A stretch of 64,000 nt of DNA from positions 2,446,162 through 2,510,161 of the forward strand of contig CP170178.1 of NCBI GenBank assembly GCA_042296865.1, in the 5' to 3' direction. This document shows positions 1-9,890 of the stretch, one piece after another. The notes beneath the pieces are model-generated. The model did no database searches, was not told the origin of the DNA, and saw only the letters and a program-made list of their open reading frames with translations. Source of the stretch: Candidatus Bathyarchaeia archaeon. Its GTDB lineage: Archaea > Thermoproteota > Bathyarchaeia > Bathyarchaeales > Bathycorpusculaceae. The translations under genes were made by a program, and so were the position numbers. Position 1 is the stretch's first letter. Each line of letters begins with the position of its first letter.

Positions 1-211
1 TGATGTGTTCAACGAAACTTTAACGGTCCAACCTTAAAAGCGCTGAAAAATATCCATCTGCACAGTTAACATTAATGCGGTATCTCACTAAGAGTTAACA
101 GAGTCCTGCATAGTCTCAAATATTTGGCAATATGGTTGTGTTCTACTTGTTAGACGCTGTGTTCCAAGGCTTAGCGCTAAATTTGCCCTTAACATAGCAC
201 TATCAAAAAAG

Positions 212-925
212 ATGATTAAAATGAACACTAAATCTATCTATGCATTAGTTGCAGCAGTAATCATTGTTGTTGCGGCAGTAGCGGCTGGAGTGTTTTTGTT
301 AAACCCGGGCAATTCTGAACCGCCAACTCCAACCCCAACTCCCACGACTACTCCAACAGCAACCCCATCACCCTCACCTTCACCCACAGTTACGCCAACA
401 CCAACTCCAACGCCTACCCCAACCCCGACCCCACCCCAAAACCAAACAGAAACCACAAGTTTTGAGGACGGCTTAGGCAACTGGACAGGACAAGCCCACC
501 TTCCAACGCAAGTTGACTGGAACGTAACCGTTGTAAGCAACGTTTCCTCCACAGGCAACCATTCCGCCGTGCTCTACATGGATGGTAGCCATGATGACGG
601 AACCGTCTGGATTGAACGCAAACTCCACTTAGAAGCAAACCAGACTCGAAACGTCACCGTCACGTTTAGCTTCTGGAGTGAAAGTGAAAGCTTCAACACG
701 CTCGCGGCTGTTGTAGGCTACGTCGGCACCGAGAATCCGTCCACGGAAGATGACTTCCAAGTCTTAGGCAACGCAAACGAAGTTGAAGGCTGGAAAACCT
801 ACACCATAAATGCGGAAGTAGAAACTGCTGCTTCAGGCGACGTTTACGTGGCTTTGGGTTTCTCGGTACGTTGGGAAACACACCTAACCTACTACATTGA
901 CGATGTAGAAATCAACATCAACTAA
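212..925 (+). CDS. Membrane-anchored/secreted protein: N-terminal TM or signal anchor, Pro/Thr linker, C-terminal beta-sandwich-like domain rich in N-x-S/T sequons
   Basis: 237-aa ORF. Hydrophobic N-terminus IYALVAAVIIVVAAVAAGVFLL, then TPTPTPTTTPTATPSPSPSPTVTPTPTPTPTPTP linker, then many NxT/NxS sites. No family recognised. Confidence 0.6.
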   Translation: MIKMNTKSIYALVAAVIIVVAAVAAGVFLLNPGNSEPPTPTPTPTTTPTATPSPSPSPTVTPTPTPTPTPTPTPPQNQTETTSFEDGLGNWTGQAHLPTQVDWNVTVVSNVSSTGNHSAVLYMDGSHDDGTVWIERKLHLEANQTRNVTVTFSFWSESESFNTLAAVVGYVGTENPSTEDDFQVLGNANEVEGWKTYTINAEVETAASGDVYVALGFSVRWETHLTYYIDDVEININ

Positions 926-965
926 ACTCGTAAAAGAGCGGTTTTTTGAAGCTGCTCCAAACAAC

Positions 966-1075
966 TTTTTTTCAACATATTAATGACTTGATTTTCAACC
1001 AATAACCACCTACCCCCCTTAGCGTTTCTGATAATTGTCTCCTAATTCGCCGTTAAGGACTTAGAGAATTGTTTA
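966..1075 (+). repeat. Intergenic repeat family, copy A (core ACCTACCCCCCTTAG at 1008-1022)
   Basis: Core is identical to copies at 17827, 43471 and 45360, and to 27716 on the minus strand. Flanks align with copy C (AACATATTAATG...) and copy B (CTTGATTTTCAACCA). Boundaries are approximate. Confidence 0.6.
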
Positions 1076-1139
1076 TTGTTGCATTTTGCAGTCACACAAC
1101 TGTAAAAGCGCAAAAAACCTTTTTTTCCAGGGTTCTATT

Positions 1140-1280
1140 ATGGCAGAATCAGGCAAAGAATGCCCAGTCTGTAACGCTGTTTCTCCTAAACCTGAAGAAT
1201 TAACAAGCCACATTCAAACCCAGCATATGTTTGCCTTTGAGCATGCTTGGATGGATGTTTGCTTGGTACAATGCTGGTAA
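1140..1280 (+). CDS. Small (46 aa) C2H2-type zinc-finger protein
   Basis: ATG at 1140 inside track ORF 1086-1280. CPVC-x12-H-x4-H spacing (CPVCNAVSPKPEELTSHIQTQH) matches the classical C2H2 pattern. Short, so coding status is uncertain. Confidence 0.35.
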   Translation: MAESGKECPVCNAVSPKPEELTSHIQTQHMFAFEHAWMDVCLVQCW

Positions 1281-1281
1281 A

Positions 1282-1857
1282 TTAGTTTGACAAGGTTTTG
1301 CTTGCCGCAATAAGGCGAACCGTTGTTAATTCGCCAAGCACCGCTAAATCCTCTGTCGGCAAATAGCTGCTTGCGGAATCATCAAACAAAATGCTAACTT
1401 CAGCAGCAAACTCTTCATCAGAACTCCAAAGAATGTATGTTAACGGAATGCCCTTAAAGGCTTCAACAACAAAAGACGCCTCCCCAAGTCCGAGCGGTTT
1501 GCCGCCTAAAAGCTGGGATGCTTTACCCATGAGCTCTGGGTCATCACCGAAGGTTTTCGCGACTGGTTCAACTGCCCTTTTTGTGAAGGTGTCTGCGTAG
1601 GAGTAGCCGCCGGGTAAGTCTTTGAATTTTACAAGGTTGCCGATGGAGGGTGCGGGTTTGGCTTGGGTGTAGTGGCTTAGCATGGCGGGTAGGAGTTTTA
1701 TGCTGAGTTCTTCGGGGTTGACTTGGCCGATGTGGTTGGTTAGGGTGGCGGTTTTCAGGTTTAGTGTGAAGCCTAGGAACTGGTAGGTGTTGTTTGGTGG
1801 GTTTAGGAGTTGTTTTAGTTTTTGTAGGGTTTCTGTGGTGTGGTCGATTTGGGTCAT
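1282..1857 (-). CDS. DUF3786-like protein
   Basis: 191 aa. Motifs FKDLPGGYSY, FGDDPE, LLGGKP, ILWSSDEEFAAEVSILFD and YLPTEDLAVL match my memory of the DUF3786 pattern. Needs an HMM check. Confidence 0.55.
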   Translation of the reverse strand: MTQIDHTTETLQKLKQLLNPPNNTYQFLGFTLNLKTATLTNHIGQVNPEELSIKLLPAMLSHYTQAKPAPSIGNLVKFKDLPGGYSYADTFTKRAVEPVAKTFGDDPELMGKASQLLGGKPLGLGEASFVVEAFKGIPLTYILWSSDEEFAAEVSILFDDSASSYLPTEDLAVLGELTTVRLIAASKTLSN

Positions 1858-1962
1858 TTTTTGGTTCCTGTTATTTTTGGGTTTGGCTTGATTAATGTTT
1901 ACGGTGTTTTTTGCATGTTTTGATGAGCAATTGTTGTCTTACGGTTGCTGTATAGCGCTATT

Positions 1963-1970
1963 CTTATATA
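1963..1970 (+). promoter_or_regulatory. TATA-like box (CTTATATA) about 27 nt upstream of the vapB ATG; implies a leaderless transcript
   Basis: The spacing to ATG 1994 equals the usual archaeal TATA-to-TSS distance. There is no SD between them. Confidence 0.4.
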
Positions 1971-1993
1971 CTAATTTGTAATACATTTTTTGT

Positions 1994-2218
1994 ATGTCAG
2001 AAATCATTACCGTCCGAGTAGACAAAGCACTCAAAGAAAAAATACGCCAATACAAAATCAACGTTAGCGAAACCGTCAGATTAGCCCTTGAAGACCAAGT
2101 CAGCCGCATCGAAAACGCCGAATTAACAGACGCAATCAACCAAATGAAACTCGTCCTAAACAAAATCCCCGAAGCAGAAATCGTAACCACAATACATCAC
2201 TCAAGAGACCAACGATGA
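1994..2218 (+). CDS. vapB: VapB-type antitoxin (ribbon-helix-helix-like N-terminus)
   Basis: 74 aa with N-terminal ITVRVDKALKEKI beta-strand/helix pattern. ATGA overlap (2215-2218) with the downstream PIN gene. Confidence 0.6.
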   Translation: MSEIITVRVDKALKEKIRQYKINVSETVRLALEDQVSRIENAELTDAINQMKLVLNKIPEAEIVTTIHHSRDQR

Positions 2219-2634
2219 AACAATACTTACTCGACGCATCCGCATTCATACTTTTAATCAAAAAAGCAAACGCACAAACAACTTTCCAGCACCTGCAAAA
2301 CTCACTCATCCTTGACCTAACCGTATATGAAGTCGGCAATGCACTCTGGAAAGAGAGCACCCTCGCAAAGTACCTAACCAAAGAAGAGGCTAAAACGCTG
2401 GAGAAGGTTGCCCAAATCATCCTGTCCAGAACCGACAAAATCCTTAACCAAGACGTAACTTTCCAGCATATAATGGAAATAGCTAAAACCGAAAACCTCT
2501 CATTTTACGATTCAAGCTACATCTATTTTGCCAAACAAAAAAACATCAAACTCATAACCGAAGACCCAACCCTCAAAGAGACAGCCCAAAAATACGTGCA
2601 AGCCCAAACAACCACGGCGCTCTTGTCGGCTTAG
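2215..2634 (+). CDS. vapC: PIN-domain toxin VapC
   Basis: 139 aa. Acidic PIN positions are visible (YLLDASAF, VYEVGN, FYDSSY, LITED). 4-nt overlap with the antitoxin. Confidence 0.7.
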   Translation: MKQYLLDASAFILLIKKANAQTTFQHLQNSLILDLTVYEVGNALWKESTLAKYLTKEEAKTLEKVAQIILSRTDKILNQDVTFQHIMEIAKTENLSFYDSSYIYFAKQKNIKLITEDPTLKETAQKYVQAQTTTALLSA

Positions 2635-2643
2635 GCGACCTTC

Positions 2644-3045
2644 GTGAAAGGCATCTATATTCTAATAATTAGAATCAGCAAACCCATCCGTCCAAAGGTT
2701 GGCGCATTAGGCGAAATCGTTTTTCCCACTGGCTTGTATGCTTATGTTGGTTCAGCCCAAAACAGCCTTGAATCCCGTGTTAGGCGGCATTTGCGTAAAG
2801 AGAAACGCTTGTTTTGGCATATTGATTATTTGCTATCTGAGCGTGTGGCGGAAGTGGTGGAGGTTTACTGTTTGGAAGGTGACAAAACGTGTGAATGTCA
2901 AACTGCACAATTATTGGCTAAACATGCGGTGCCTGTGCCTCGTTTTGGCTGTTCTGATTGCCAATGTACAAGTCACCTGTTTTGTTCAGACAGTTTTGGT
3001 TTTCTTAACAGTCAAATGAAGAAGTTAGCGTTTAGCAGTGAATAA
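2644..3045 (+). CDS. DUF123 / GIY-YIG nuclease superfamily protein
   Basis: GTG start. KGIYIL (GIY) and YAYVGSA (YxG) motifs, conserved R (RVRRHL), and a Cys-rich C-terminus. Confidence 0.6.
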   Translation: MKGIYILIIRISKPIRPKVGALGEIVFPTGLYAYVGSAQNSLESRVRRHLRKEKRLFWHIDYLLSERVAEVVEVYCLEGDKTCECQTAQLLAKHAVPVPRFGCSDCQCTSHLFCSDSFGFLNSQMKKLAFSSE

Positions 3046-3094
3046 TGGATAAAAACCTTTAATGTCATACAGTTAAGTGTAGGACGGTTATTTT

Positions 3095-5143
3095 TTGCAG
3101 TCAAACCTTAAAGTTAAACCAAACAGGCTGATTAACGAGAAAAGCCCCTATCTTCAAGAGCACGCGTATAACCCCGTGGACTGGTTTCCTTGGGGGCAAG
3201 ACGCCCTTGACAAAGCCAAAGCCGAAGTCAAGCCTCTTTTCGTCAGTATCGGCTACTCCAGTTGCCACTGGTGCCACGTTATGGAGCATGAAAGCTTCAG
3301 TGACCAGCAAGTAGCTGACCTTTTGAACGAAGCGTTTGTCTGCATCAAAGTTGACCGTGAAGAACGCCCAGACATCGATGCAGTTTACATGGCGTACTGT
3401 CAAGCAATGGGCAGAAACTGTGGTTGGCCCCTAAACGTCATCCTAACCCCTAACCTTAACCCGTTCTTTTTCGCCAGCTACATCCCCAAAAACAGCCGTT
3501 TCGGCATAGTTGGCATGTTGGACCTTGTACCCCAAATAAAGCAGATATGGAAAAACCAGCGGCAAGAAATGGAAATGGTCGGTCAAGACGTTAAACGTCG
3601 CTTAGCAGTAATCGAAAACAGGCTCTCAGAAACGCGGCTTGACGAGTCAGTGTTAACGGCGGCTTACCAGCATATCCAAATGGATTTCGATGACGTCAAC
3701 GGCGGTTTTTATGCTGCACCCAAATTCCCCATGCCACACAGGCTCCTGTTTCTAATGCGGTATTACGCCCAAACAGGCGATAAACAGGCATTAGCGATGG
3801 TTAAAAAAACCCTAACAAACATGCGGCTAGGCGGCATTTATGACCAAATCGGCTACGGTTTTCACCGTTACAGCACCGACGCGCATTGGCTGGTCCCTCA
3901 TTTTGAAAAGATGCTTTACGACCAAGCCTTGCTCGTGTTGGCTTACATTGAAGCTTACCAGTTAACAGGTAACCAAACCTACGCCCAAACCGCCAAACAA
4001 ACTCTAGACTATGTGCAACGCGAGTTAACTTCGCCACAAGGAGGCTTCTATTCGGCGCAGGACGCTGACAGTGAAGGCGAAGAAGGCAAATTCTACCTCT
4101 GGACCCTAAACGAAATTCTCGACATCCTGCGGCCAGCCGACTCTGAGTTGGCGGTCCACGTTTTCGGTTTGAAAGCTGAAGGCAACTTTTCTGAACGTGG
4201 AAGACCAACGGGCAAAAACGTGCTTTACATTGCTGAGTCTCTTGAGGCGCTTGCCCCCTACAAAGGCTTAACAATGCAGGAACTAACCAGTCAACTATCC
4301 AGCATCCGCTCGGCGCTTTTTGAGGCGAGAAAAAAGCGTGTTGCCCCCGCTTTGGATGATAAAGTGCTGGTTGACTGGAACGGACTTATGATTGCTGCTT
4401 ATGCTAAAGCCGGCAGAGTTCTAAATGAACCAACATACTTAAGTGCGGCAAAGAACGCGGCAGAATTCATTTTAAAAAACATGCTCAAAGGCGACGTCCT
4501 TTTCCACCGCCACATAAAGGGTGAAACAGCAATCGAGGGGTTCCTTGACGATTATGCTTTCTTATCTTTTGGGTTAATCGAGCTTTATGAGGCAACTTTT
4601 GAAGCTAAATACTTGGGTGCAGCCGCTGACTTAGCAAAAGTGATGGTTAAACGGTTCTGGGACAGCGGCAAGGGCGGCTTTTACCAGACATTCAAGGCAG
4701 AGGGCATGCCTAAACTAAAACAACTTTATGATGGCGCCTTTCCCTCTGGCAACTCGGCAGCGTTTTGGGTTTTGCTGTGGCTTAGCCGTTTAACAGGCAA
4801 CTTTGACTATGAAGCAAAGGCTGAGCAAATGACTCAAACATTCGCCGACGAAATCGCCGATGGACCTCAAGCTTTCACTTTCTTTCTAAGCGCCATGTTC
4901 CTGTTAACTGGGCAATCTAGCAGTGTGGTTATTGTTGGAGATCCAAAAGACGCTGACGTTATCCAAATGGTTGATGTACTTAGAGAACGGTATTTACCAA
5001 ATGCGGTTATCCAGTTAAGAACCAATGACACTGCTTACACGCAGCTTGAAGGAAAAGCAACCGCGTATGTCTGCAAAGGCAAAACCTGCATGCCGCCAAC
5101 AAACAGCGCAGAAACCATGCTTGAGCAGTTAAAAATAAAATAA
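3095..5143 (+). CDS. Thioredoxin-domain protein (DUF255 / YyaL / SPATA20-like) with alpha/alpha-barrel C-terminal domain
   Basis: 682 aa. [18 protein letters not shown] and [16 protein letters not shown] are hallmark N-terminal motifs. TTG start. Confidence 0.85.
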   Translation: MQSNLKVKPNRLINEKSPYLQEHAYNPVDWFPWGQDALDKAKAEVKPLFVSIGYSSCHWCHVMEHESFSDQQVADLLNEAFVCIKVDREERPDIDAVYMAYCQAMGRNCGWPLNVILTPNLNPFFFASYIPKNSRFGIVGMLDLVPQIKQIWKNQRQEMEMVGQDVKRRLAVIENRLSETRLDESVLTAAYQHIQMDFDDVNGGFYAAPKFPMPHRLLFLMRYYAQTGDKQALAMVKKTLTNMRLGGIYDQIGYGFHRYSTDAHWLVPHFEKMLYDQALLVLAYIEAYQLTGNQTYAQTAKQTLDYVQRELTSPQGGFYSAQDADSEGEEGKFYLWTLNEILDILRPADSELAVHVFGLKAEGNFSERGRPTGKNVLYIAESLEALAPYKGLTMQELTSQLSSIRSALFEARKKRVAPALDDKVLVDWNGLMIAAYAKAGRVLNEPTYLSAAKNAAEFILKNMLKGDVLFHRHIKGETAIEGFLDDYAFLSFGLIELYEATFEAKYLGAAADLAKVMVKRFWDSGKGGFYQTFKAEGMPKLKQLYDGAFPSGNSAAFWVLLWLSRLTGNFDYEAKAEQMTQTFADEIADGPQAFTFFLSAMFLLTGQSSSVVIVGDPKDADVIQMVDVLRERYLPNAVIQLRTNDTAYTQLEGKATAYVCKGKTCMPPTNSAETMLEQLKIK

Positions 5144-5155
5144 TGGAAAGGCTGG

Positions 5156-6565
5156 TTAAGCCTTGTCAAGGTTGAATTCTTCGTGAATTGCCTTGACGAC
5201 TTCTATGCCGTCTTTTTCTTTGACAACAAAGCTGATGTTCAATTCTGAGCTGCCTTGGGCAATCATGCGGATGTTTATGCCTTTCTTGGCAACGATTGCA
5301 AAGATTCTTGACGCTAAACCCAAGGTGCCTTTCATGTAGGCGCCCATAACCGCGATTACGGCAACGTCATCTTCAGCTGTAACTTCGCTAACCAGTCCGC
5401 CCCGTTCAAGCAATGCAATTTCAAGGTTGCTGATTGCTCTGCCAAGCATGCCTCGTTTGATTATCATTGAAATGTTTGCTTCAGACACGGCGGTGGATAT
5501 CATCATGACGTTAATGTTATTTTTGCCTAGCACGTCGAAGACTTTTGCGTAGCTGCCGGGTGCGCCAACCATTGCGGCGCCGTTAACGTTTATCATGGCA
5601 ACGTCTTTTATCATGGCTACTGCTTTAACGACTTGTTTTGCGTCTGCCACTGGTTCTTTAGTGATTAAGGTGCCCGGGTTTTCTGGATGAAACGCGTTAC
5701 GGATTCTGACTGGAATGTTTTCTTTGCTTACCGGTCCCAAAGCGCGTGGGTGCATGGCTTTTGCGCCGAAAATCGCCATTTCAGCGGCTTCTTGATAGCT
5801 AAGTTGCGGCAACAGTTTTGCGGATGGTACCAGTTTGGGGTCGGTGGTTAAGATTCCGTCAACGTCTGTCCATATCCAAACTTCATCAGCCTCTAATGCG
5901 ACGCCAAGGATGGTTGCGGTGTAGTCGCTGCCTCCGCGTCCAACGGTGGTTACGATGCCGTCTTGGTTTGCGGCAATAAATCCTGTTACAACTGGGATTA
6001 CGCCTTTGTCGAGCAGTGGTCCAAGTCTTTCACGTGCAAGGTGAGTGGTAAAGTTCATGAGGGGGTCTGCTTCGCCAAAGTTTGAGTCGGTTACTATGCC
6101 GGCTTCTTTGCCTGTGAAGCATTGAGTTTCAAGTTTGTAGTCTTGTATTGCGCCCCAAACAATTGGAGCTGAAAGGCGTTCGCCAAAAGAGACGACGTAA
6201 TCTTTTGATTTAGGGGTTAACTCGCCTACGTAGCAGATGCCTGTTAAGACTTTTTCAAGTTCTGCTATTGTTTCTTCAATTATTTGGTTAACTTCTTTCT
6301 GTAATTGTTTGCTGCTAATCGCGGCTATGATGGCTTCTTTATGTTTTTGCAGCAGTTCGTCTGTGAAGTTCTTGACCAGTTTTTCGTCGCTTTTCTTGGC
6401 TTGACAGGCAACTTCCAAAAGCTTGTTTGTGACGCCTGCCAAAGCTGAAACAACAACAGCGACACGGTATTCTTTACTGTACTGGGATACTATGTCAGCT
6501 ACGCGGCGTATGTTTTCGCCTGTGCCAACGCTGGTTCCGCCGAACTTCATTATTACTTTCTTCAT
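5156..6565 (-). CDS. lysC: Aspartate kinase
   Basis: 469 aa. KFGGTSV N-terminus, the GRGGSDYTA motif, and tandem ACT-like C-terminal domains. Confidence 0.9.
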   Translation of the reverse strand: MKKVIMKFGGTSVGTGENIRRVADIVSQYSKEYRVAVVVSALAGVTNKLLEVACQAKKSDEKLVKNFTDELLQKHKEAIIAAISSKQLQKEVNQIIEETIAELEKVLTGICYVGELTPKSKDYVVSFGERLSAPIVWGAIQDYKLETQCFTGKEAGIVTDSNFGEADPLMNFTTHLARERLGPLLDKGVIPVVTGFIAANQDGIVTTVGRGGSDYTATILGVALEADEVWIWTDVDGILTTDPKLVPSAKLLPQLSYQEAAEMAIFGAKAMHPRALGPVSKENIPVRIRNAFHPENPGTLITKEPVADAKQVVKAVAMIKDVAMINVNGAAMVGAPGSYAKVFDVLGKNNINVMMISTAVSEANISMIIKRGMLGRAISNLEIALLERGGLVSEVTAEDDVAVIAVMGAYMKGTLGLASRIFAIVAKKGINIRMIAQGSSELNISFVVKEKDGIEVVKAIHEEFNLDKA

Positions 6566-6584
6566 CTTATTTTTTCAGCTCTTT

Positions 6585-7613
6585 TTAGGATAGTAGTTTT
6601 GAGGCTAACTTATGTCTTATGTCTAAGAGGTCTCTTAAAACTGCACTGGCTGTCTCAATTCCGCCTGCACCCCTGCCGATTAAGGTTTGGTCCGCCGCAT
6701 ACTCGGTTTGGAAAGTGATAGCGTTTAAAACTCCGCTTACGCATAACGGGTTAGCCCATGGTATTTCTAACGGTTTAACGGAAACTTCTTTGTCGTCTAC
6801 TGTGCCGATGAGTTTTATGGTGCTGTTTCTTTTTGCCGCGTCCTGAAGCATCTCTAAAGAGACGTCTCGGATGCCTGTGCGGTCAACATCTTTAAGCGTT
6901 ACTTTTTTGCCCATAATCCAGTTAGACAAGATAACAACTTTGCAGGCTGTGTCAAACCCGTCAATATCCATTGAGGGTTCTCTTTCTGCGTAACCAAGCT
7001 TCTGCGCAGTGGCGAGTGCTTCTTGGAAGCTGATGTGGTTTTGACCCATTTCTGTTAGGATATAGTTGGTTGTGCCGTTAAGGATGCCTCGGATGGCAAG
7101 GATTTTGTCGCCTGCAAGGCAACGTTTGGCAAATTCAAGCATGGGTGTTCCGCCGCCGACTGTGCCGCTGAACCGCAAAAACACGTTATTGTATTCTGCA
7201 AGTTCAGTGAGGGCTGGCATGGCAAGGGCGAGTGGTCCCTTGTTTGTTGTGACGACGTGTTTGCCTGTTTTGAAGGCTTTTGTGATGTGTGATAGTGCGG
7301 GTTCCGCGTTTTTGATGTTAACGGGGGTTACTTCGACGACGACTTCTGCTTCAACGTTTTCAATCACGTCAAGCGCCGCCATTCCTTGGTGACCAAAGTC
7401 TGGGTCAGCTGAGATTGGGTAACCTTTTTGTTTGAACTGTTCGAGTTTTTCAGGGCTAAAACCACGCGGGTTAATTACTGCCCCGTCAATGTCGGCAATC
7501 GCGACAACTTTTGGGTTAAACCCGTAACTAGCAATTTTTTCACTGTACCGTTTGGCAAGAATGGTGGTTACGCCTTTACCGACGACGCCGTAGCCGACTA
7601 GGATAATTCTCAT
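6585..7613 (-). CDS. hom: Homoserine dehydrogenase
   Basis: 342 aa. GYGVVGKGV Rossmann motif and the NGTTNYIL motif. 4-nt ATGA overlap with thrC at 7610-7613. Confidence 0.9.
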   Translation of the reverse strand: MRIILVGYGVVGKGVTTILAKRYSEKIASYGFNPKVVAIADIDGAVINPRGFSPEKLEQFKQKGYPISADPDFGHQGMAALDVIENVEAEVVVEVTPVNIKNAEPALSHITKAFKTGKHVVTTNKGPLALAMPALTELAEYNNVFLRFSGTVGGGTPMLEFAKRCLAGDKILAIRGILNGTTNYILTEMGQNHISFQEALATAQKLGYAEREPSMDIDGFDTACKVVILSNWIMGKKVTLKDVDRTGIRDVSLEMLQDAAKRNSTIKLIGTVDDKEVSVKPLEIPWANPLCVSGVLNAITFQTEYAADQTLIGRGAGGIETASAVLRDLLDIRHKLASKLLS

Positions 7614-8869
7614 GCCGTTTTCACCTGTGTTACTGCTACTTGGGATTTAATGCCTAAAGCGTTTTCGATAGCTGACATTTCCGCGTCAACCTCAACTGGT
7701 TTCTCACTCATCTTAATGGCGGTGTCTGGATCCTTTAAACCGTGACCAGTAGTAACGCAGACGACCCGTTCATCCTTGTTGATTACGCCGTTGCGGACAA
7801 GCTTTCTTAAACCAGCAATTGAAGAAGCACTTGCAGGCTCCACAAAGATACCTTCAATCTGCGCCAGCAACTTCTGAGCAGCAAGAATTTCTTCATCGGT
7901 GACAGTTTCGGCTGTTCCATGCGAATCGTTGATGGCGTTGAGCGCTTTCTTCCAGCTAACTGGCGCGCCAATACGGATGGCTGTTGCAACGGTTTCTGGT
8001 TCAGCGACAGGCACAATTTTGCTGCTGTGGCTTTTGACGGCTTTGGCAATTGGGGCTGAACCTGCCGCTTGAATTCCAGTCATCTTTGGTAATTTCTTGA
8101 TTAAGCCGAGTTTGTAGAATTCGCTAAAGCCTTTCCAGATGGCGCTAATGTTTCCAGCGTTGCCCACTGGCACAATTAAGCGGTCTGGCGCGTCATAGTT
8201 TAGTTGTTCGCAGATTTCGTAGCCAAGTGATTTTTGTCCTTCAATACGGAAGGGGTTGATTGAGTTAAGCAGGTAAATGCTCCTGTGTTTCTCGGCAAGT
8301 TTAAGCACGAACTCGAGGGCTTCGTCAAAGTTTCCTCGGACTTGAAGGACTTTGGCGCCGTGAATCATGGCTTGGGAAAGTTTGCCGTAAGCAATTTTGC
8401 CTGACGGAATCAACACAGTGCAACGTATGCCTGCACGGGCGGCGTAGGCGGCTAAGCTTGCGCTTGTGTTTCCTGTTGATGCACAGATTACGTGTCTTGC
8501 GCCCAGTTCAACGGCTTTGGTGACACCGACAGTCATGCCTCTGTCTTTGAAGCTGCCTGTTGGGTTTTCGCCCTCGTTCTTTATCCACAGGTTTGTAAGT
8601 CCAAGTGCTTCGCCTAAACGTTCAGAACGGTGTAAGCCTGTGCCGCCTTCATTTAAGGTTACTAAACGTGTAGACTCGTGGATTGGCATGAAATCGCGGT
8701 ATCGCCAAACAGAAAGCGGAGTTTTCTTGTAGTCTTCAGTGTTAACTGTTTCCGCCGCTTTTTCCATGTTAATTTTTATTTCAAGGATGTCTCCGCATTT
8801 TTTGCAGAAATAAACTATTTCGTCTATGCCGTATTGTGTGTGGCAGTTTATGCATTCTTGGTAACTCAT
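7610..8869 (-). CDS. thrC: Threonine synthase with N-terminal zinc ribbon
   Basis: PLP motif FKDRG. CINC...CKKC ribbon at the N-terminus. I prefer the start at MSYQEC (8869) because it forms an ATGA overlap with the thrB stop. The track ORF extends to 8890. Confidence 0.9.
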   Translation of the reverse strand: MSYQECINCHTQYGIDEIVYFCKKCGDILEIKINMEKAAETVNTEDYKKTPLSVWRYRDFMPIHESTRLVTLNEGGTGLHRSERLGEALGLTNLWIKNEGENPTGSFKDRGMTVGVTKAVELGARHVICASTGNTSASLAAYAARAGIRCTVLIPSGKIAYGKLSQAMIHGAKVLQVRGNFDEALEFVLKLAEKHRSIYLLNSINPFRIEGQKSLGYEICEQLNYDAPDRLIVPVGNAGNISAIWKGFSEFYKLGLIKKLPKMTGIQAAGSAPIAKAVKSHSSKIVPVAEPETVATAIRIGAPVSWKKALNAINDSHGTAETVTDEEILAAQKLLAQIEGIFVEPASASSIAGLRKLVRNGVINKDERVVCVTTGHGLKDPDTAIKMSEKPVEVDAEMSAIENALGIKSQVAVTQVKTA

Positions 8870-9828
8870 TGTTTCAACTCCACTAAACATGTGCCTTTGC
8901 CTGGTTTTGTAGCAAAAGCGTTAGAATCATAACCAGCAGAACGGAACCCGTCATGCATCGCCGCTGCCACTTTAGCTGCATCACCAGTTTTCTTATTCAC
9001 AATTGCTATCATAGTTGGTCCAGCACCGCTTATTGTTACGCCTAAAGCGCCAGCGTTTAACGCGTTTTCTTTAACCTTACTGTAACCTGGAACAAGCGAC
9101 GCCCGTGCAGGTTCAACAATCTCATCAACCATAGATTGACCAATAATGTCAACATCGCCGATGGCAAATCCTGCAGCCATGGCAACTGCTTTGCCTAAGT
9201 TGTGAACATGCTTTTCTAGGGGGACAAGTTTGGGGATGACTGCTCGGGCTTTTTCTGTTTTGTTTGGAGGTGTAATAATTTTTGGCATGGCTACGGCGAA
9301 TTCTAAGTTTTTTGGGCACTCTAGATTAATAATTTCTAAAGGATGGTATGAGCGTATTAGTACAAAGTTTCCGCAGATGGCTGCTGACACGTTGTCGGCA
9401 TGTTCAGAACCTGCAGAGGCAACTTCGCCTTTTGCTGCATACTCAATTAACTGTTTATTGTTTAAGCCTAAATCAAACAAAGCATTGATGCCAAACGCTA
9501 CTGCGGCTGCTGAAGCTGCGCTGCTTCCTAAGCCTTTTCCGGGGAAGATGCCTTTTTCCACGTGAATTTGCAAGCCAGTTTTTAGTTTGAAATCGTTAAT
9601 CATTGTTTTTGCTACTAGGCCTGCAGTGTTTTTGTCTGGTGTAAGTGAGATTGTTCTTGCTCCTATGCCGCTGATTTGGATTTTTATGCCTTGATTGACG
9701 GCTGTTAGGGTTACTTTGTCGCTTGGCTGCTCTAAGGCTATGCCGAAAACGTCAAAGCCTGGGCCAAGATTTGCGCTTGTTGCTGGCGCTTTTACTGTTA
9801 CTTGTTTTGCTGGCATCTTTATTTTCAC
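8866..9828 (-). CDS. thrB: Homoserine kinase (GHMP family)
   Basis: 320 aa. APATSANLGPGFD and PGKGLGSSAASAAA GHMP motifs. Confidence 0.9.
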   Translation of the reverse strand: MKIKMPAKQVTVKAPATSANLGPGFDVFGIALEQPSDKVTLTAVNQGIKIQISGIGARTISLTPDKNTAGLVAKTMINDFKLKTGLQIHVEKGIFPGKGLGSSAASAAAVAFGINALFDLGLNNKQLIEYAAKGEVASAGSEHADNVSAAICGNFVLIRSYHPLEIINLECPKNLEFAVAMPKIITPPNKTEKARAVIPKLVPLEKHVHNLGKAVAMAAGFAIGDVDIIGQSMVDEIVEPARASLVPGYSKVKENALNAGALGVTISGAGPTMIAIVNKKTGDAAKVAAAMHDGFRSAGYDSNAFATKPGKGTCLVELKQ

Positions 9829-9890
9829 TTTAGATTAGAACCTTTATCGATTGTGAACATTATTAATTTTATTGCTAAAGCTCGCAAGGG

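Noticed and set aside
300-440. Periodic CCAAC(C/T)CC-type repeats here, and a second tract at about 46080-46320, looked like tandem repeats or array-like structure.
   Set aside because: They are imperfect, codon-phased and lie inside ORFs. They simply encode Pro/Thr(/Ser/Gln) linkers of surface proteins. There is no spacer/repeat architecture, so this is not CRISPR.
1861-1993. TGATGA (C-box-like) at about 1920-1926, and a GGCTTGATTAATG stretch resembling the repeat's left arm. Considered as a C/D-box sRNA or a sixth repeat copy.
   Set aside because: No downstream CUGA D box at the proper distance, no terminal stem and no ACCTACCCCCC core. The similarity is too short to count.
2738-3019. 93-aa alternative-frame ORF within the DUF123 gene.
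   Set aside because: It is on the same strand but out of frame with an ORF that carries GIY/YxG motifs, so it is an overlapping-frame artefact.
3263-3277. A second CxxCH (CHWCH) that might suggest another c-type cytochrome.
   Set aside because: It is the conserved thioredoxin-like motif of cytoplasmic DUF255/YyaL proteins. There is no signal peptide. This shows that CxxCH alone is weak evidence, a caveat carried over to the 45972-46778 finding.
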